From the UHGV virus genome UHGV-0254309: a DNA stretch of 19,819 bases; one strand, written 5' to 3'. Made by a program: the position numbers and the translations under genes. Within the stretch, counting starts at the first letter, position 1. The number at the start of each line of letters is the position of its first letter. The stretch is from a virus. Positions 19,095-19,819 of the stretch are shown here, in pieces. A model generated the notes under the pieces. The model was not told where the DNA came from. It did no database searches and was given only the letters and a program-made list of their open reading frames with translations.

Positions 19095-19631
19095 ATGTCA
19101 TTTATTAAAACTTTTTCCGGGAAGCATTTTTATTATGACAGGATAAATAAAGACGACATCGTTATTAACGATATCGCGGTTTCCCTTTCAAATATCTGTC
19201 GCTTTGCAGGACATCTTTCACACTTCTACAGCGTCGCCCAACATGCGGTGCTTTGCAGCCAGCTGGTACCGCAGGAATTTGCTTTTGAAGCGTTAATGCA
19301 TGATGCAACAGAAGCATATTGCCAGGACATCCCCGCACCACTGAAACGCCTTCTTCCTGACTATAAACGGATGGAAGAAAAAATAGGCGTCGTCATCCGT
19401 GAGAAATACGGATTACCCCCGGTTATGAGCACGCCCGTGAAATATGCCGATCTCATCATGCTGGCAACCGAACGCCGCGATCTCGGGCTTGATGATGGCT
19501 CTTTCTGGCCTGTACTGGAAGGTATCCCGGCGACAGAGATGTTCAAAGTTATTCCACTGTCACCAGGCCATGCCTACGGGATGTTTATGGAACGTTTTAA
19601 CGAGTTATCGGAGTTACGCAAATGCGCATGA
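19095..19631 (+). CDS. yfdR: YfdR-like HD-domain protein (5'-deoxynucleotidase family)
   Basis: 178 aa from the ATG at 19095 (GGAGAA 4 nt upstream); HD-type metal-binding residues (...SVAQHAVL...LMHDATEAY...). Listed ORF begins at an upstream GTG. Confidence 0.8.
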   Translation: MSFIKTFSGKHFYYDRINKDDIVINDIAVSLSNICRFAGHLSHFYSVAQHAVLCSQLVPQEFAFEALMHDATEAYCQDIPAPLKRLLPDYKRMEEKIGVVIREKYGLPPVMSTPVKYADLIMLATERRDLGLDDGSFWPVLEGIPATEMFKVIPLSPGHAYGMFMERFNELSELRKCA

Positions 19632-19819
19632 ATGTTTTCGAAATGGAAGGGTTTCTTCGCGGGAAATGTGTACCGCGAGATCTGAAAGTGAACGAAACAA
19701 ATGCTGAGTACCTGGTACGTAAATTCGATGCGCTTGAAGCTAAATGTGCGGCACTGGAAAACAAAATAATACCAGTGTCAGCTGAACTACCACCAGCAAA
19801 TGAAAGTGTTCTGTTATTT
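19622..19819 (+). CDS. yfdS: YfdS-like protein, 5' part only (runs off the window)
   Basis: Starts MRMNVFEMEGFLRGKCVPRDLKVNETNAEYLVRKFDALEAKCAALENKII..., overlapping the yfdR stop; open to the window end. Confidence 0.65.
   Translation, partial: MRMNVFEMEGFLRGKCVPRDLKVNETNAEYLVRKFDALEAKCAALENKIIPVSAELPPANESVLLF

Overview
The window is the regulatory, replication, lysis and packaging-proximal part of a mosaic lambdoid prophage from an Escherichia/Shigella-type genome; it combines Qin-like genes (cspI, cspB, cspF, essQ-like holin, Q, DUF968) with CPS-53-like early-left genes (yfdP, yfdQ, yfdR, yfdS). Gene order, reading right to left on the minus strand: CI-like repressor (plus strand) divergent from cro-like, then a CII-like ORF, a Rha-domain ORF, a small ORF, an O-like replication initiator with internal iterons, a PerC-like regulator, an orphan Dam-type methyltransferase, a LexA DNA-binding-domain-only protein, RusA, a KilA-N protein, DUF968, Q antiterminator, a late promoter and terminator, cold-shock morons, the lysis cassette (holin, unknown ORF, endolysin, Rz/Rz1), small accessory ORFs, and terminase small and large subunits. 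To the right of cI lie a terminator, OL-like operators, a roughly 600-nt leader with no N-like ORF, then yfdPQRS. No rRNA, tRNA or CRISPR array was seen. Nothing here is a clear-cut novel defence system; the strongest candidates for new biology are the nin-region cargo (LexA-DBD-only protein coupled to the orphan methyltransferase), the extended Rha-domain ORF, the N-less PL leader, and two small opposite-strand genes inserted around the lysis cassette. All calls rest on reading the ORF translations and the DNA by eye; motif coordinates may be off by 1-2 nt and no database search was run.
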